64,000 nt of DNA from an uncultured Chloroflexia bacterium (GCA_963700285.1 CAVOXA010000010.1:992001-1056000), one strand, 5' to 3'; counted from the first letter of the stretch, positions 28,835 through 39,262 are shown. The notes: generated by a model not told the origin, from the sequence alone. Numbers and translations: made by a program.

Positions 28835-29335
28835 CTACCACTCCAACTCTTCCTGGCCAAAGCGCACGTGCAACCACCGCATAGGCAAGAAGATGATCGG
28901 CGCCAGTACTGCATTCAGTACTGCTGAAGGCAGAACAATGCGGACAAAACTATCCAACCAGATCACAGGCTGGCCCGAGATCCACACAATCAAGAGAAAA
29001 CACACGTTGTATAGTACCGTGGCCAAAAACATGATTACAGCCGGGAAAACGATGTGAACCGTAAACGCGCTGTTCTTTCCCAGTCCCGATAGAAAACCGA
29101 CAAGCATCAGGGACAATGTAGCCGCGCCAAAGGGTGCCCCCGAAATCAGATCCACGACAACGCCAGCGATAAATCCCCAGAGGATGCCTTCCCTAGGACC
29201 TCGCAGGAGCCCCCAGCTGACCACGAGCAGTACTGGCAAATCGGCGAAAACACCCCAAACAGCCAAGTGCGGTACAACTGTGGCCTGCAAGATGACAACA
29301 ACAACCAGGAACGGCACAATCAGATAGGTAGTCAC
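28835..29335 (-). CDS. mreD: Rod shape-determining protein MreD
   Basis: Hydrophobic 166-aa protein with GF.AG..D..SG..FG, between mreC and mrdA. Confidence 0.9.
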   Translation of the reverse strand: MTTYLIVPFLVVVVILQATVVPHLAVWGVFADLPVLLVVSWGLLRGPREGILWGFIAGVVVDLISGAPFGAATLSLMLVGFLSGLGKNSAFTVHIVFPAVIMFLATVLYNVCFLLIVWISGQPVIWLDSFVRIVLPSAVLNAVLAPIIFLPMRWLHVRFGQEELEW

Positions 29336-29344
29336 AGCCTACTT

Positions 29345-30199
29345 TCATCGGTTCTCGTCTACCTGAACAGCATCCTGGACGGCCTCAAAGTTGGTGATAA
29401 CCAACACAACTTCCAAGTGATCAAAGTCCACCGTCGCTTGGACAGCAGCCATCTGGTACAGATCGGAATCCTTGCGCTCCACCTCGGTGATCTGGCCGAT
29501 CAGGATCTGGCGCGGAAAATTCCCTCCCAGACCCGAGGTAAAGACTGTATCACCAACACTTAGGGTATCGCTCTGGAGAACCTTGTGCAGTTTCAGCGAT
29601 CCGTCTGCTTGGCCCTGGATCAACCCGCTGGCTCGTGTACTCTGAGTCAAGGCATTCACCAAGCTACTCTGATCGATAATCAACAACGCCCTGGACCAGC
29701 CATCGCCTACTTCGGAAATCCGCCCTACCAGACCCCGATCGGTGGCCACTGGCATATTCCGGGCAATGCCTTCCTCTCGCCCCACATTCAGGGTAATATA
29801 GCGTTGGAGGTTGCTGGGGTCCCGGCCAATCACCCGCCCTACCACGTGTGCTCCCTGCACATCGAAAGAGGGATTCGCGTGGGAAAAGTTCACCAGATCG
29901 CGCAGGAGGGCGGCTTCGCCTTCCAATTCTCGGTAACGCACGTTCTCTAGCAAGAGACGAGCATTTTCTGATTCCAGATCGCGATTGCGCTGCCGTAGAT
30001 CGCGCAAGTCACGGGCCGTCCGAGCCAGCTCGCCAAATCGCCCCATGACCATGCTCGTCCCCTCTTGAAGGGGCGTGGTAACTCTGGCCAGCACTCCTTC
30101 AACCGGTGCCCACAGGCCGGCGCGATGGAGCACAAAGCCGGTCAGCGCAAGCAGAATTAATCCGAGGGGGAGCAGGCCTTGGAAACGCTCGCGGCTCAT
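29345..30199 (-). CDS. mreC: Rod shape-determining protein MreC
   Basis: TM helix plus coiled coil, GLVGRI, TSGLGGNFP. Confidence 0.93.
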   Translation of the reverse strand: MSRERFQGLLPLGLILLALTGFVLHRAGLWAPVEGVLARVTTPLQEGTSMVMGRFGELARTARDLRDLRQRNRDLESENARLLLENVRYRELEGEAALLRDLVNFSHANPSFDVQGAHVVGRVIGRDPSNLQRYITLNVGREEGIARNMPVATDRGLVGRISEVGDGWSRALLIIDQSSLVNALTQSTRASGLIQGQADGSLKLHKVLQSDTLSVGDTVFTSGLGGNFPRQILIGQITEVERKDSDLYQMAAVQATVDFDHLEVVLVITNFEAVQDAVQVDENR

Positions 30200-30290
30200 C
30201 GCTGTGTGGGATCGAGGCTTGAGGTTGGAGATCCTACATCGAACCACAAATCCTCAACTTCGAACTCCGAACATCGAAGGTTGGACATGG

Positions 30291-31352
30291 CTAGTGGACG
30301 GTACTGCCCCGCTGCAGACTAGCCAATACCGTGTGCAATCGATCCAAATCCTCCAGGATTCTGCCAGCCCCACGCGCTACACATGTCATGGCATCGTCAG
30401 CCACATAGACTCGCATCTTGGTCTCTTCTGACAAACGTTGATCCAGACCCTGCAATAACGCTCCACCACCAGCCAAGGCAATCCCTTGCTCCATCAGATC
30501 GGCAATGAGTTCGGGCGGAGTCTCGTCTACTGCATCGCGCACAGTATCAACGATGATGCTTACCGAGTTGGCCAGGGCTTCGCGGATTTCGACACTGCTC
30601 ACCTCGATTGATTCTGGCAGGCCAGTGATCAGATTCCGCCCCTGAATAGGCATTGTCTGCTCCTGGGGCAGAGGGTAGGCCGAACCAATGGTAATCTTGA
30701 CCCTCTCGGCCATCCGCTCACCGATGAGCAGGTTGTACTTCTGACGGGCGTACTGGATGATGTCTTCATCCATTTCATCGCCAGCCACGCGAAGACTGCG
30801 ACTGACAACAATACCGCCCAAAGCTATCACAGCCACCTCAGTGGTACCTCCGCCAATATCAACAATCATGCTACCCAATGATTCAGTGATAGGCAATCCA
30901 GCGCCGATGGCGGCGGCCATTGGCTCTTCGATCAGATAAGCCTCGCGCGCGCCAGCCGAAAGGGTAGCATCATGGACGGCTCGCTTTTCTACCTCGGTCA
31001 CGCCTGAGGGAATGCCAACGACGACGCGGGGGCGCGCCACAGGCAACAGCGACCGGTCATGGACTTTTTTGATGAAATAATGCAACATCCGCTCAGTGAC
31101 GTCAAAGTCGCTGATCACCCCGTCACGCAGTGGGCGGATGGCAACAATGTTTGCAGGTGTTCGTCCCACCATCTCCTTGGCGTCAAGGCCAATCGCCAGA
31201 ACTTTTTTGGTGTTCTTTTCGATCGCCACGACTGAGGGCTCGTTGATGATGATCCCCTTGTTGCGCACATTGACCAGTGTGTTGGCCGTTCCCAGGTCTA
31301 TTCCGATGTCCTGGGAGAAAAGCCCCAGGATAGAATTCAAAGGACTAAACAC
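30291..31352 (-). CDS. mreB: Actin-like rod shape protein MreB
   Basis: IGIDLGTANT, EPSVVA, EEPMAAAIGAG, DIGGGTTE. Confidence 0.97.
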   Translation of the reverse strand: MFSPLNSILGLFSQDIGIDLGTANTLVNVRNKGIIINEPSVVAIEKNTKKVLAIGLDAKEMVGRTPANIVAIRPLRDGVISDFDVTERMLHYFIKKVHDRSLLPVARPRVVVGIPSGVTEVEKRAVHDATLSAGAREAYLIEEPMAAAIGAGLPITESLGSMIVDIGGGTTEVAVIALGGIVVSRSLRVAGDEMDEDIIQYARQKYNLLIGERMAERVKITIGSAYPLPQEQTMPIQGRNLITGLPESIEVSSVEIREALANSVSIIVDTVRDAVDETPPELIADLMEQGIALAGGGALLQGLDQRLSEETKMRVYVADDAMTCVARGAGRILEDLDRLHTVLASLQRGSTVH

Positions 31353-31470
31353 AAAAGACCCCTCTTCAGTGAGATACCGCCGGGACATACAGACCCATGG
31401 CTCAGACCGGCGGTGCGTTCCGGGTCATTATACCACAGCATCAACAAATGGGAAAACGGCTTGCATCTAT

Positions 31471-31499
31471 TTGCCACGCTTGCTCGAGCATGGTATAAT
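31471..31499 (+). promoter_or_regulatory. Sigma70-type promoter of secG
   Basis: TTGCCA-17 bp-TATAAT with extended -10 TG. Confidence 0.75.
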
Positions 31500-31574
31500 T
31501 CCCTGATGTTACCGGGCAGCTCCGGAAGATGCCGCGGTGACAAGACTGCATCGGTAACAACTTGGAGGAATGCT

Positions 31575-31805
31575 GTGGACTCGTTCATACCTTATATTCA
31601 GCTCGTACAGATCATCATCTCAATCGCCCTGATTGTTGTTATCTTGGTTCAATCCAAGGGGGCAGGCGGTCTCGGTGGCATTTTTGGTGGTGATTCAACT
31701 GTCTACCGTACTCGCCGTGGCGTGGAAAAGACCCTGTTCAACGCAACCGTTGGTTTGGCGCTGGCCTTTTTCGTCATCTCTATCATTAGCGTTCTTGTTG
31801 TGTGA
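31575..31805 (+). CDS. secG: Preprotein translocase subunit SecG
   Basis: Two TM helices around ILVQSKG..GLGGIFGG..YRTRRGVEK; GGAGG before GTG. Confidence 0.92.
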   Translation: MDSFIPYIQLVQIIISIALIVVILVQSKGAGGLGGIFGGDSTVYRTRRGVEKTLFNATVGLALAFFVISIISVLVV

Positions 31806-31893
31806 TGATATCCTCCGTTTCACACCTGATCACAAGGGTGTTCCATGGCACACACTGGCCAGGGAACACCTTTCGTGTCACAGGAGAGATCGC

Positions 31894-33585
31894 GTGACAC
31901 GTCACATCGTATGGCAGGCTGCACTGGCCTTCTTGGGCATTGTCCTCGTCTTTTTCATCCTCTTTCAGTTGGCCTCCAGCCAGACACCCGTGGAAACCGT
32001 AGAGGTCCCTGCTGCGGGAGGCACCTACGTCGAGGGCGTTCTGGGCTACGCACAACGGATTAACCCCATCCTGGCCCCACCCATGATCCAGGCCAATCCG
32101 GTCGAGCAGGACTTGGGTACCCTCGTGTTCGATGGCCTGACTACGCTGGATGCCACGGGACAGGTGTCTCCAGCCCTTGCACTGGATTGGGAGGTCTCAG
32201 AGGATGGCACCGTCTATGACTTTCATTTGCGCCAGGGCGTGACCTGGCACGATGGAGCTCCTTTCACTGCAGCGGATGTGGCCTTTACTGTACAGGCTAT
32301 GCAAGACCCCAATTTCCAGGGCAACGCGACTTTACGTGAGCTGTGGCGCACCGTGATCGTAGAGCAGCAGGATGATTTCTCTATCCGGTTCACCCTACAA
32401 GAACCCTTCCCCTCCTTTCTCCTCTATACCAACATCGGCATTCTGCCTATGCATTTGCTCAGTGATGTGCCCGCTGCGGATCTGCCACAGCATGACTTCT
32501 CGACCAAGCAACCAGTGGGCAACGGTCGATTCATGGTTGAAAGCGTGTCCGCCGACGAAGTAGTTCTGGCTGCCAATCCAAACTATTGGGGTTCTAGACC
32601 GAACATAGAAAAGATCGCATTCTGGTTCTATGGCGAGTGGGATGGATTGTTGGCAGACTATGAACGGGGCGAACTCCATGGCTTCCATCCTCCCGGGCTC
32701 CAAGACCTATCTGCCCTGGTTGAGACACCAACCCTCCAGATCTTCTCAGCACAGTCAGCCGGTTATGGCATCGCATACCTGAACCTTCAGCGTGAGTCCG
32801 TGCCCTTCTTCCAGGAGAAAGAAGTACGTCAAGCATTGCTCTATTCCCTTGACCGGCAGTTGTTAATATCTGAGGTTCTGGGTGGACAAGGTCTGGTTGC
32901 CGATAGCCCTATTCTGCCAACAACTTGGGCTTACGATCCCTCCGTACGAGCCTACCGGTACGATCCTGAACGAGCCATAGGACTGCTGGATGCCAGCGGG
33001 TGGTTGGACTCTGACGCCGACCGGATTCGGGATAAGGACGGTGTGGATTTGGCCTTCACGCTCCTTACGAGCGACGATCCAGTGATGGTCAAGATGGCGG
33101 AGGAGCTTTCCCGCCAGTGGCGCGCAGTCGGCATCGACGTGACAGTCCGTCCTGTAGCAAATAATGCCGCGACCGATTTTATCCGCAGCCGGGACTTTGA
33201 CGCTGCCCTGACTGAGATAGGTCTAACGGCAGATCCCGATCCCTATCCTTTGTGGCATTCTACCCAGGCAGACTCGGGGCAGAATTTTTCGGGCTTTGCC
33301 AACCAAGACGCCGATCTGCTGATGGAGGATGGCCGGTTCACCACAGATCCAGAGCAGCGCACAGAACTGTACCACTCTTTTCAGCAACTCTTTGCGGAGG
33401 AGGTGCCCTCCTTGCTGCTGTACCACCCCATCTATTCATATGCCGTCGATGACCAAGTGCAGGGAGTCCAGCTTTCTCCTTTGCTGTACAGCAGTGATCG
33501 CTTTCGAAACATCACCGACTGGTTCGTCGAGATCCAAAAAGTTGTGGTCAGTGAAAACGACGGCCTTGACAAAGTCGGCGAATAG
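31894..33585 (+). CDS. ABC peptide/nickel substrate-binding protein (family 5)
   Basis: LRQGVTWHDGAPFTAADVAFT signature, GNGRF, VRQAL; N-terminal TM anchor. Confidence 0.9.
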   Translation: MTRHIVWQAALAFLGIVLVFFILFQLASSQTPVETVEVPAAGGTYVEGVLGYAQRINPILAPPMIQANPVEQDLGTLVFDGLTTLDATGQVSPALALDWEVSEDGTVYDFHLRQGVTWHDGAPFTAADVAFTVQAMQDPNFQGNATLRELWRTVIVEQQDDFSIRFTLQEPFPSFLLYTNIGILPMHLLSDVPAADLPQHDFSTKQPVGNGRFMVESVSADEVVLAANPNYWGSRPNIEKIAFWFYGEWDGLLADYERGELHGFHPPGLQDLSALVETPTLQIFSAQSAGYGIAYLNLQRESVPFFQEKEVRQALLYSLDRQLLISEVLGGQGLVADSPILPTTWAYDPSVRAYRYDPERAIGLLDASGWLDSDADRIRDKDGVDLAFTLLTSDDPVMVKMAEELSRQWRAVGIDVTVRPVANNAATDFIRSRDFDAALTEIGLTADPDPYPLWHSTQADSGQNFSGFANQDADLLMEDGRFTTDPEQRTELYHSFQQLFAEEVPSLLLYHPIYSYAVDDQVQGVQLSPLLYSSDRFRNITDWFVEIQKVVVSENDGLDKVGE

Positions 33586-33594
33586 TGGTAAAGT
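33566..33594 (+). promoter_or_regulatory. Promoter of tRNA-Leu, overlapping the end of the upstream CDS
   Basis: TTGACA-17 bp-TAAAGT with extended -10 TG, 10 nt before the tRNA. Confidence 0.75.
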
Positions 33595-33604
33595 AGGGGT
33601 GCTG

Positions 33605-33692
33605 GCCGAAGTGGCGGAACAGGCAGACGCGCTGCGTTCAGGGCGCAGTGGGCTTTATGCCCATGTGGGTTCAACTCCCACCTTCGGCACCA
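33605..33692 (+). tRNA. tRNA-Leu(CAG)
   Basis: GCCGAAG/CTTCGGC acceptor stem, TTCAGGG anticodon loop, long variable arm, GGTTCAACTCC, encoded CCA. Confidence 0.97.
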
Positions 33693-33722
33693 AATCCCGG
33701 TCCTTTCTGACCGGGATTTCTT
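33692..33722 (+). terminator. Intrinsic terminator after tRNA-Leu
   Basis: AAATCCCGGTC-6 nt-GACCGGGATTT followed by CTT. Confidence 0.8.
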
Positions 33723-33878
33723 GCTCTCACGACCAGGTGAGGCAGGCATGGCGTAGGCACTCAAAATTCACAGACAGTAGACACATCTGTCCAATGCTTG
33801 GTGTTTGATCGTTCCGGTTTTCGCTCAAATCACTCATTTATAACCATTTCAGGTTATAGTATACAGATGAGTTCACAT

Positions 33879-33907
33879 TTGACTTTTCGTCCACGCTGGG
33901 GTATACT
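33879..33907 (+). promoter_or_regulatory. Sigma70-type promoter of the FtsB-like gene
   Basis: TTGACT-17 bp-TATACT. Confidence 0.7.
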
Positions 33908-33924
33908 CTTGCGTGGAGACAATC

Positions 33925-34318
33925 ATGACTGACGAGAAGAGCCGCAGAACACCCCTCATCAACCAGATTCTGTTGATTCTAATGGGTGCTATGCTTGTAT
34001 ACCTGGTAGTAAGCTTTACCCGCCAGGTCACCACGGGCCACCAACAGACCGCGGAGCTGAACAGTGTCAGAGAGAAGATCCACATTGCTGCAGCTCGAAA
34101 GGCCCAGCTAGACCAGTACTCCGAGTACGTCCTCTCCCCAGAGGCCGCCGACAAGTGGGCAAGACGGCACGGGTTGACCAAACCCAACGAAGTGCTGGTC
34201 GTAGCATTTGGAGCGGGGACGAAAGAGCTACCCCCTGAGCAGCAAATCTTGGAGGATGGAAGAAAGCCTGACCCCCCCCAAGGTGCGTGGTGGGATTCTG
34301 TTCTTCAAGGCACGGTAA
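33925..34318 (+). CDS. FtsB/DivIC-like septum formation initiator (probable 1-nt indel near 34297)
   Basis: TM helix, coiled coil, KWAR..GLTKPNE; removing one T gives WWDLFFKAR* ending just before a terminator. Confidence 0.7.
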
Positions 34319-34341
34319 AGCCTGGTAGTGCTCATACTTGC

Positions 34342-34390
34342 ATAAAAAGGGACCTGATGGGTGTGGTGATACCCATCAGGTCCCTTTATA
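34342..34390. terminator. Bidirectional terminator
   Basis: 17-bp perfect inverted repeat AAAGGGACCTGATGGGT/ACCCATCAGGTCCCTTT between convergent genes. Confidence 0.85.
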
Positions 34391-34438
34391 TGCCTTTTGT
34401 TTCAAGACACTCGTTCGGCCATGGCACTCAGCCTGCAA

Positions 34439-36281
34439 CTATGCCCACAATTCCTCGGCGATTTCTGGCAATCCCAGGCTGATCAATTTCTCGCGCGTAG
34501 GCTTGCCAGTGTCCCAATCCCACTCACGGTAGGCATAGTACTCTTCGAGCAGCGTTTCCATACGCGGCGTCCGACCCCTGGAGCCGTTGGACATGGGGAT
34601 GAGCAGCCGCTCGGGCAACCGGTCGTTGCCTCGCCGGACGCCCAGGCGGTTGTTGAATGCCCGCTTGAGATTAAAGATCCGCTCACCAGTTTGCTGCCAC
34701 CACACAATGTCTGATGAGCAGCCGGTGGCTTCTGACAGTAGCTTGACCAAGACCGGCGCTGTAGGGTTGACAAAGACGCACATGATGGCGCTGTTGTACA
34801 GCGTACGCCAGTCCTGGACCTTGGCCACGACCTTTGATTTGCCCCGGGTCTTGAACCGCCCGCTGGGGAAGATGCCCACCTCGGGCAATGTCAGGCCCAT
34901 GTCGACGACATACATGTCGCCCTGCAGTGGCAGGCGCCCCGTGGCGAGGTGGCATAGATGACAGCCATGCCCGACAGGGCGCGCGGATCGTGGGCTGCCG
35001 GTTCCAGTCCGTTGACGTGCACTGCCAGGTCGTCGGCTCCATAGCGGGCTGCGATTCGCTTCACGCCATCGGCCAGGACGTCGCCAAAGCCCTGCCGCTG
35101 GGCGATCATCTCCAGAAGCGTGTGAGCGATCTCGATGTCGCCCCACTTCAAGGGGCAGGCCGCCAGTGTCGGCAGCGGTGATGAACCCCCGGTCGTAGAG
35201 CAGGTAGGCCAGGGCGATCGACGACCCGGCGCTGATGGTGTCCAGGCCATAGCGGTTGCACAGGTGGCCGGCATAGGCCACGCCAGGCAGGTCGTCCACC
35301 AGCAGCATGGGAGCCGAGCATGGCGACCGTCTCGTACTCGGGCCCGTCCACGACCTCCACGCCGTAGGGCGTGTCCTTGAGCGTCACCTCCCGGCCGCAG
35401 GCCACAGCGCAGCCGTAGCAGGGGACAGAGCGGGTCAGGATGGTCTCCATCATGGTGACGCCGCTCAGGTTGGTGGCCTCGTCAAACCGGGCTTGGCTCC
35501 AGTACTTGTTGGGCATATTGCCCCACATCATGCTCATGTCCACAAAGGAGGCCGTGCCCATCTGGCGATAGACCTGGGAAGTGATGTCATCCATGACCGT
35601 TTTCAGCGCCTGCTTGGCTGTCAGTCGGAAAGCTTCTCGGTTGGCCAGGGGCACCCGCTGTCTGCCCGCACGGCGATGGCCTTCAGGTTCTTGGAGCCCA
35701 TCACCGCGCCCATCCCGGTGCGACCCGCAGCCCGCCCGTGGTCGTTCATGATGGCCGCATAGAGCACCTGATTCTCGCCCGCCGGCCCGATGCTGGCCAC
35801 ACGCACCTTCTGGTCGTCCAGCTCGTCGCGGAGGCGCTGCTGGGTTTCGTAGGTATCCAGACCCCACAGACCAGCGGCATCGTGCAGGGTTGGAGGCTGG
35901 CCCTCAACGATGGATAGCCAGACCGGCTGTCTGCGATCGGCCCCGGATGACAATGCCGTCGTAACCCGCGAACTTGAGTTCCGCGCCCCAGAAGCCACCC
36001 GAATTGGATTCGCCCCAGATGCCGGTCAAGGGCGAGATGGCGCACACCTCGTGCCGCCCGCATGACGGCGCCCGTGTGCCAACCAGTGGGCCGGTCATGA
36101 ACATCAGGGTGTTCTCCGGTCCCAGGGGATCCGTATCTGGCCCCAATTCGTCGTACAGGTAGCGGGCGGCATATCCCGCGCCACCGACGAAGTCATGGGC
36201 CCACATAGGATCCAGGGGTTCGTCCGCGAGTTCACCACTGGTCAGGTCCACGACCAGCAACTTGCCCATGTAACCACTCAT
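34439..36281 (-). CDS. aor: Tungsten-type aldehyde:ferredoxin oxidoreductase, split by several frameshifts
   Basis: Pieces in successive frames: GYMGKLLVVDL, SPLTG..SNSGG, IGPAGE, GRTGMGAVMGSKNLKA, CYGCAVAC, GPEYET, GLDTIS, HDPR, RGACH, DRLPER. Confidence 0.88.
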
Positions 36282-36399
36282 GCTATCATCTCCTCTGATG
36301 TATCCATAGTGAACCGGCCTCTGCGCCGGCACCAGGACTTTGATGCCGCATCACCACGCCACGTATCACAGAAAAGACACACTGGGCGACATCGAACAG

Positions 36400-36432
36400 A
36401 AAAAAAGCGGGCCGCATAATAGCTCGACCCGC
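36400..36432 (-). terminator. Intrinsic terminator after the ADH gene
   Basis: Minus strand GCGGGTCG..CGGCCCGC followed by T7. Confidence 0.75.
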
Positions 36433-36489
36433 AGGCATATTCAGATATCTGCACCTGTTGGACTCTCCACCTGGTAGAGACATACATTG

Positions 36490-37665
36490 CTAGAAATCAA
36501 TCGATTGTCCTTCAAACGCGCAGCGAAAAACTCTTTCCACCTCTTCGTCCTCGGGGAACCGAAGGCCGACGATCAGGGCGCTGTCGTTGAGCGCATTGTC
36601 GACCAGCTTGGGCAACCTGGCCTCAAAATCCTCTCGGGAGATCCCCGCCTCCTGCAGCGAGGTTGGCTGGTCGAATGCGTACGCGCGCAGGGTCGCGGAT
36701 CGCTGCCGACAGGCTGGCCGCGGCCTCGGCCTCGTCGCCAGCGGGCAGTCCCAGAAAGCGCGCAATGTCGGCATAGCGGGTGGGCAGGTAGCCCCGCACA
36801 GTGAACTCGATGGTGTAGGGCAGGAACAACCCCACAGCCCGTCCGTGAGGTATGGGCAGCAGGGCACCCGCCGAATGTCCCAATGCGTGGGCCATGGCCG
36901 CCATCGAATTGCCAAAGCCCAACCCGGCGATGGTCGCTGCATTGTGCATCTTTTCCCGGGCTTCTGGGTCATCGTTACCCTTCTGCCAGGCCCGAGGCAG
37001 ATAGTCGAACACAAGTTGGATGGCCTTGAGACAGAGGCCATCGGAAAAGTCGTTGTGCCAGTGAGCAGTATAGCCTTCCACCGCGTGGGTCAGAGCATCC
37101 ATGCCGGTGTCGGCCGTGATCTGGGCCGGCAAGTACCTCACAAAGGACGGATCGACGATGGCCAGGTCGGGGATGTTCTCCGGGTGGCCCACCGAGAGTT
37201 TGCAGTCCTCATCTGTGTCGGTGAGAACGATGGGCCAGGTGATTTCGGCGCCCGGTGCCACTGGTGGTGGGAATGGCAATCAGGTGCGCCTTCTGCCGCA
37301 GCCCGAGCCTACCCATGGGCGCGACATCGTCCGGCGCCAGACCGGGCCGTTCGTACTGGATCCAGATCGACTTGGCGGCATCCATGCACGAGCCGCCTCC
37401 CAGACCGATGATCCAATCCGGCTCATAGCCCAGAGCCTCCTGGGCACCCCGCTGGACAGTCTGCAGGGAGGGATTGGGCTCTACCTCGGCAAAGACCGCC
37501 GTCTCGATGCCAGCCTCTGCGAGTTTGACCTGCACTTGATCCACAAACCCCAGGGCAACCATGTTCTCGTCGGTGACGATCAGAGCCTTGCTGGCCCTGG
37601 ATGTTCGCCAGGTATTCTAGCGCATCTTCACCAAACACGATCTCAGGGCTACGAAAGAACCACAT
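36490..37665 (-). CDS. Iron-containing alcohol dehydrogenase, frameshifted
   Basis: [42 protein letters not shown] in successive frames. Confidence 0.88.
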
Positions 37666-37763
37666 CTGTTCACCTCCCAAGGCTGCCAATAAAAATGACC
37701 AATGACCAGATCCCTGGATATTGGTCATTGGCCATCCAGTCCCCGAAAAACCAATATTGCTTT

Positions 37764-37974
37764 TCAGTTGACTGACTGAGGCACCGCTCGCGTTGAGATC
37801 GTTGATCAGGGCTTCGACGTTGATGCCGTGGGCCATTGCACCTTGCTCTACGTTCTCAAAGCGAGCAATGGCACAGCCAAAGCACATCAGCCCATGCTTC
37901 AAAAAGACCTCGATGGTCTGCGGATAGTTCTGCACCACTTCACCAATGGGCATGTCTTTCGTAATCGTATCCAT
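37764..37974 (-). CDS. DUF1858 (hybrid-cluster-associated disulfide) small protein; probable indel near the 3' end
   Basis: ITKDMPIGEVV..YP....VF..HG..CFGC.....E......AHG pattern. Confidence 0.8.
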
Positions 37975-38010
37975 CTGAATCTCCCTCTGTAATTTTGAAA
38001 ATACGTTGCG

Positions 38011-38960
38011 CTATCCCAGTTCCGCCTCGCCGGGATAGACTCGGTACCTTCGAGTTTGGCAATATAGTGTTCTGCCTGCAGGGCGGCCTTGCAGCCTGCC
38101 CCCACCGACGTGGCGATCTGGCGGTAGGTCCAGTCAGCCACATCCCCAGCGGCCCACACCCCTTCGACACTGGTCCGCTGGTCATCGTCGGTCACAATGT
38201 AGCCACCCTCGGTCAGCTCCAACTGACCGTCCAGAAAGTCGGTGTTGGGCACATAGCCGATGGCGACAAACACACCCTGCGTGGGGAACAGTGTCTCCTC
38301 ACCAGTCTTGACATTGCGCACGCTGAGTCCAGTGACAAAGTCCTCGCCCACGATCTCGGTCACGACCGTGTCCCAGAGGAACTCGATCTTTTCGATTGCG
38401 AAAGCCCGCTCCTGAAGCAGTTTCTCAGCGCGCAACTGGTCCCGGCGGTGGATGATCGTCACCTTGCTGGCAAAGCGTGTGAGAAAGATGGCTTCCTCCA
38501 CGGCCGCGTCGCCGCCACCCACCATGACGATCTCTTTGCCCATGTAGAAGAAACCGTCACAGGTGGCACAGTAGGATACGCCCCGTCCCGAAAACTCCGC
38601 CTCGCCGGGAACGCCCAGCTTGCGGGGCGAGGCGCCACTGGCCACAATCAGCGCCTGCGCCTCATGCTCGCCGCCATAGGTCACGACTTTGAACGGCCGT
38701 GTGGACAGGTCCACGCCGGTGACAATATCCATCTCGATGCGCGCGCCAAAGCGTTCTGCCTGCCTCTGCATCAACTGTGCCAGCTCCGCGCCATTGATGT
38801 CCTCTGGGAAGCCCGGGTAGTTGCCAATTTCGCTACTGATGGCCACCTGGCCACCCAGCTGTTGGCCAGCAAAGACCAATGGCTTCAATTGCGCCCGCGC
38901 TGTATAGATTGCCGCAGCGTATCCCGCCGGCCCGGTACCAATGATGATCACTTTTTCCAT
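38011..38960 (-). CDS. trxB: Thioredoxin-disulfide reductase (probable indel near the C-terminus)
   Basis: IGTGPAG, NYPGF, GVSYCATCDG, GGGDAAVEEA, HRRD, AAGDV. Confidence 0.95.
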
Positions 38961-39014
38961 GATGCAACCCCTTCATACTGCGCGGGGAGTCCCTCGCCCG
39001 CAATCTCGAGCTGT

Positions 39015-39043
39015 ATTGTACCCCCTTTTCCATCCTTTGACAA
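39015..39043 (-). promoter_or_regulatory. Promoter of the trxB operon
   Basis: Minus strand TTGTCA-17 bp-TACAAT. Confidence 0.7.
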
Positions 39044-39137
39044 AAAGTGGTCTGCAAGATGCATACGCTCTCGTCGGTGGCTACAGGAGATCTACTGTCT
39101 GTGATCTATCTCTAATCAACCACTTCCAGCAAAAAGC

Positions 39138-39166
39138 TTTACAATTCTATCATTTTGATGTATAAT
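39138..39166 (+). promoter_or_regulatory. Promoter of the two-gene unit at 39263-41439
   Basis: TTTACA-17 bp-TATAAT. Confidence 0.7.
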
Positions 39167-39262
39167 CTATGAGTGGCTTGCGCCGTACGCTGGACAATGT
39201 CTTCTGCCCAACTGGCACAGGCCCCAGGCCATGGTGGATGGCAGCGAAGGAGGTCGTTGAGG

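Noticed and set aside
31633-31893. N-terminal extension of the 650-aa SBP ORF overlapping secG
   Set aside because: It overlaps secG in another frame; the GTG at 31894 has an AGGAG RBS and precedes the TM anchor
33605-33900. tRNA-Leu or tRNA-Gln as an integration site for an island
   Set aside because: No integrase and no duplicated tRNA 3' end seen in the window; flanks are housekeeping genes
36340-36365. Sigma54 promoter upstream of aor
   Set aside because: GG-to-GC spacing in TGGCGTGGTGATGC is one base short of the -24/-12 consensus
34439-37665. aor and adh as true pseudogenes or programmed frameshifts
   Set aside because: Shifts are numerous, affect all neighbouring genes, leave motifs intact and show no consistent slippery site; assembly error is more likely
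37423-37974. 183-aa ORF suggesting a DUF1858-ADH fusion
   Set aside because: A single extra base near 37789 removes the natural stop (NAAVPQSVN*); ADH has its own GGAGG RBS and ATG at 37665
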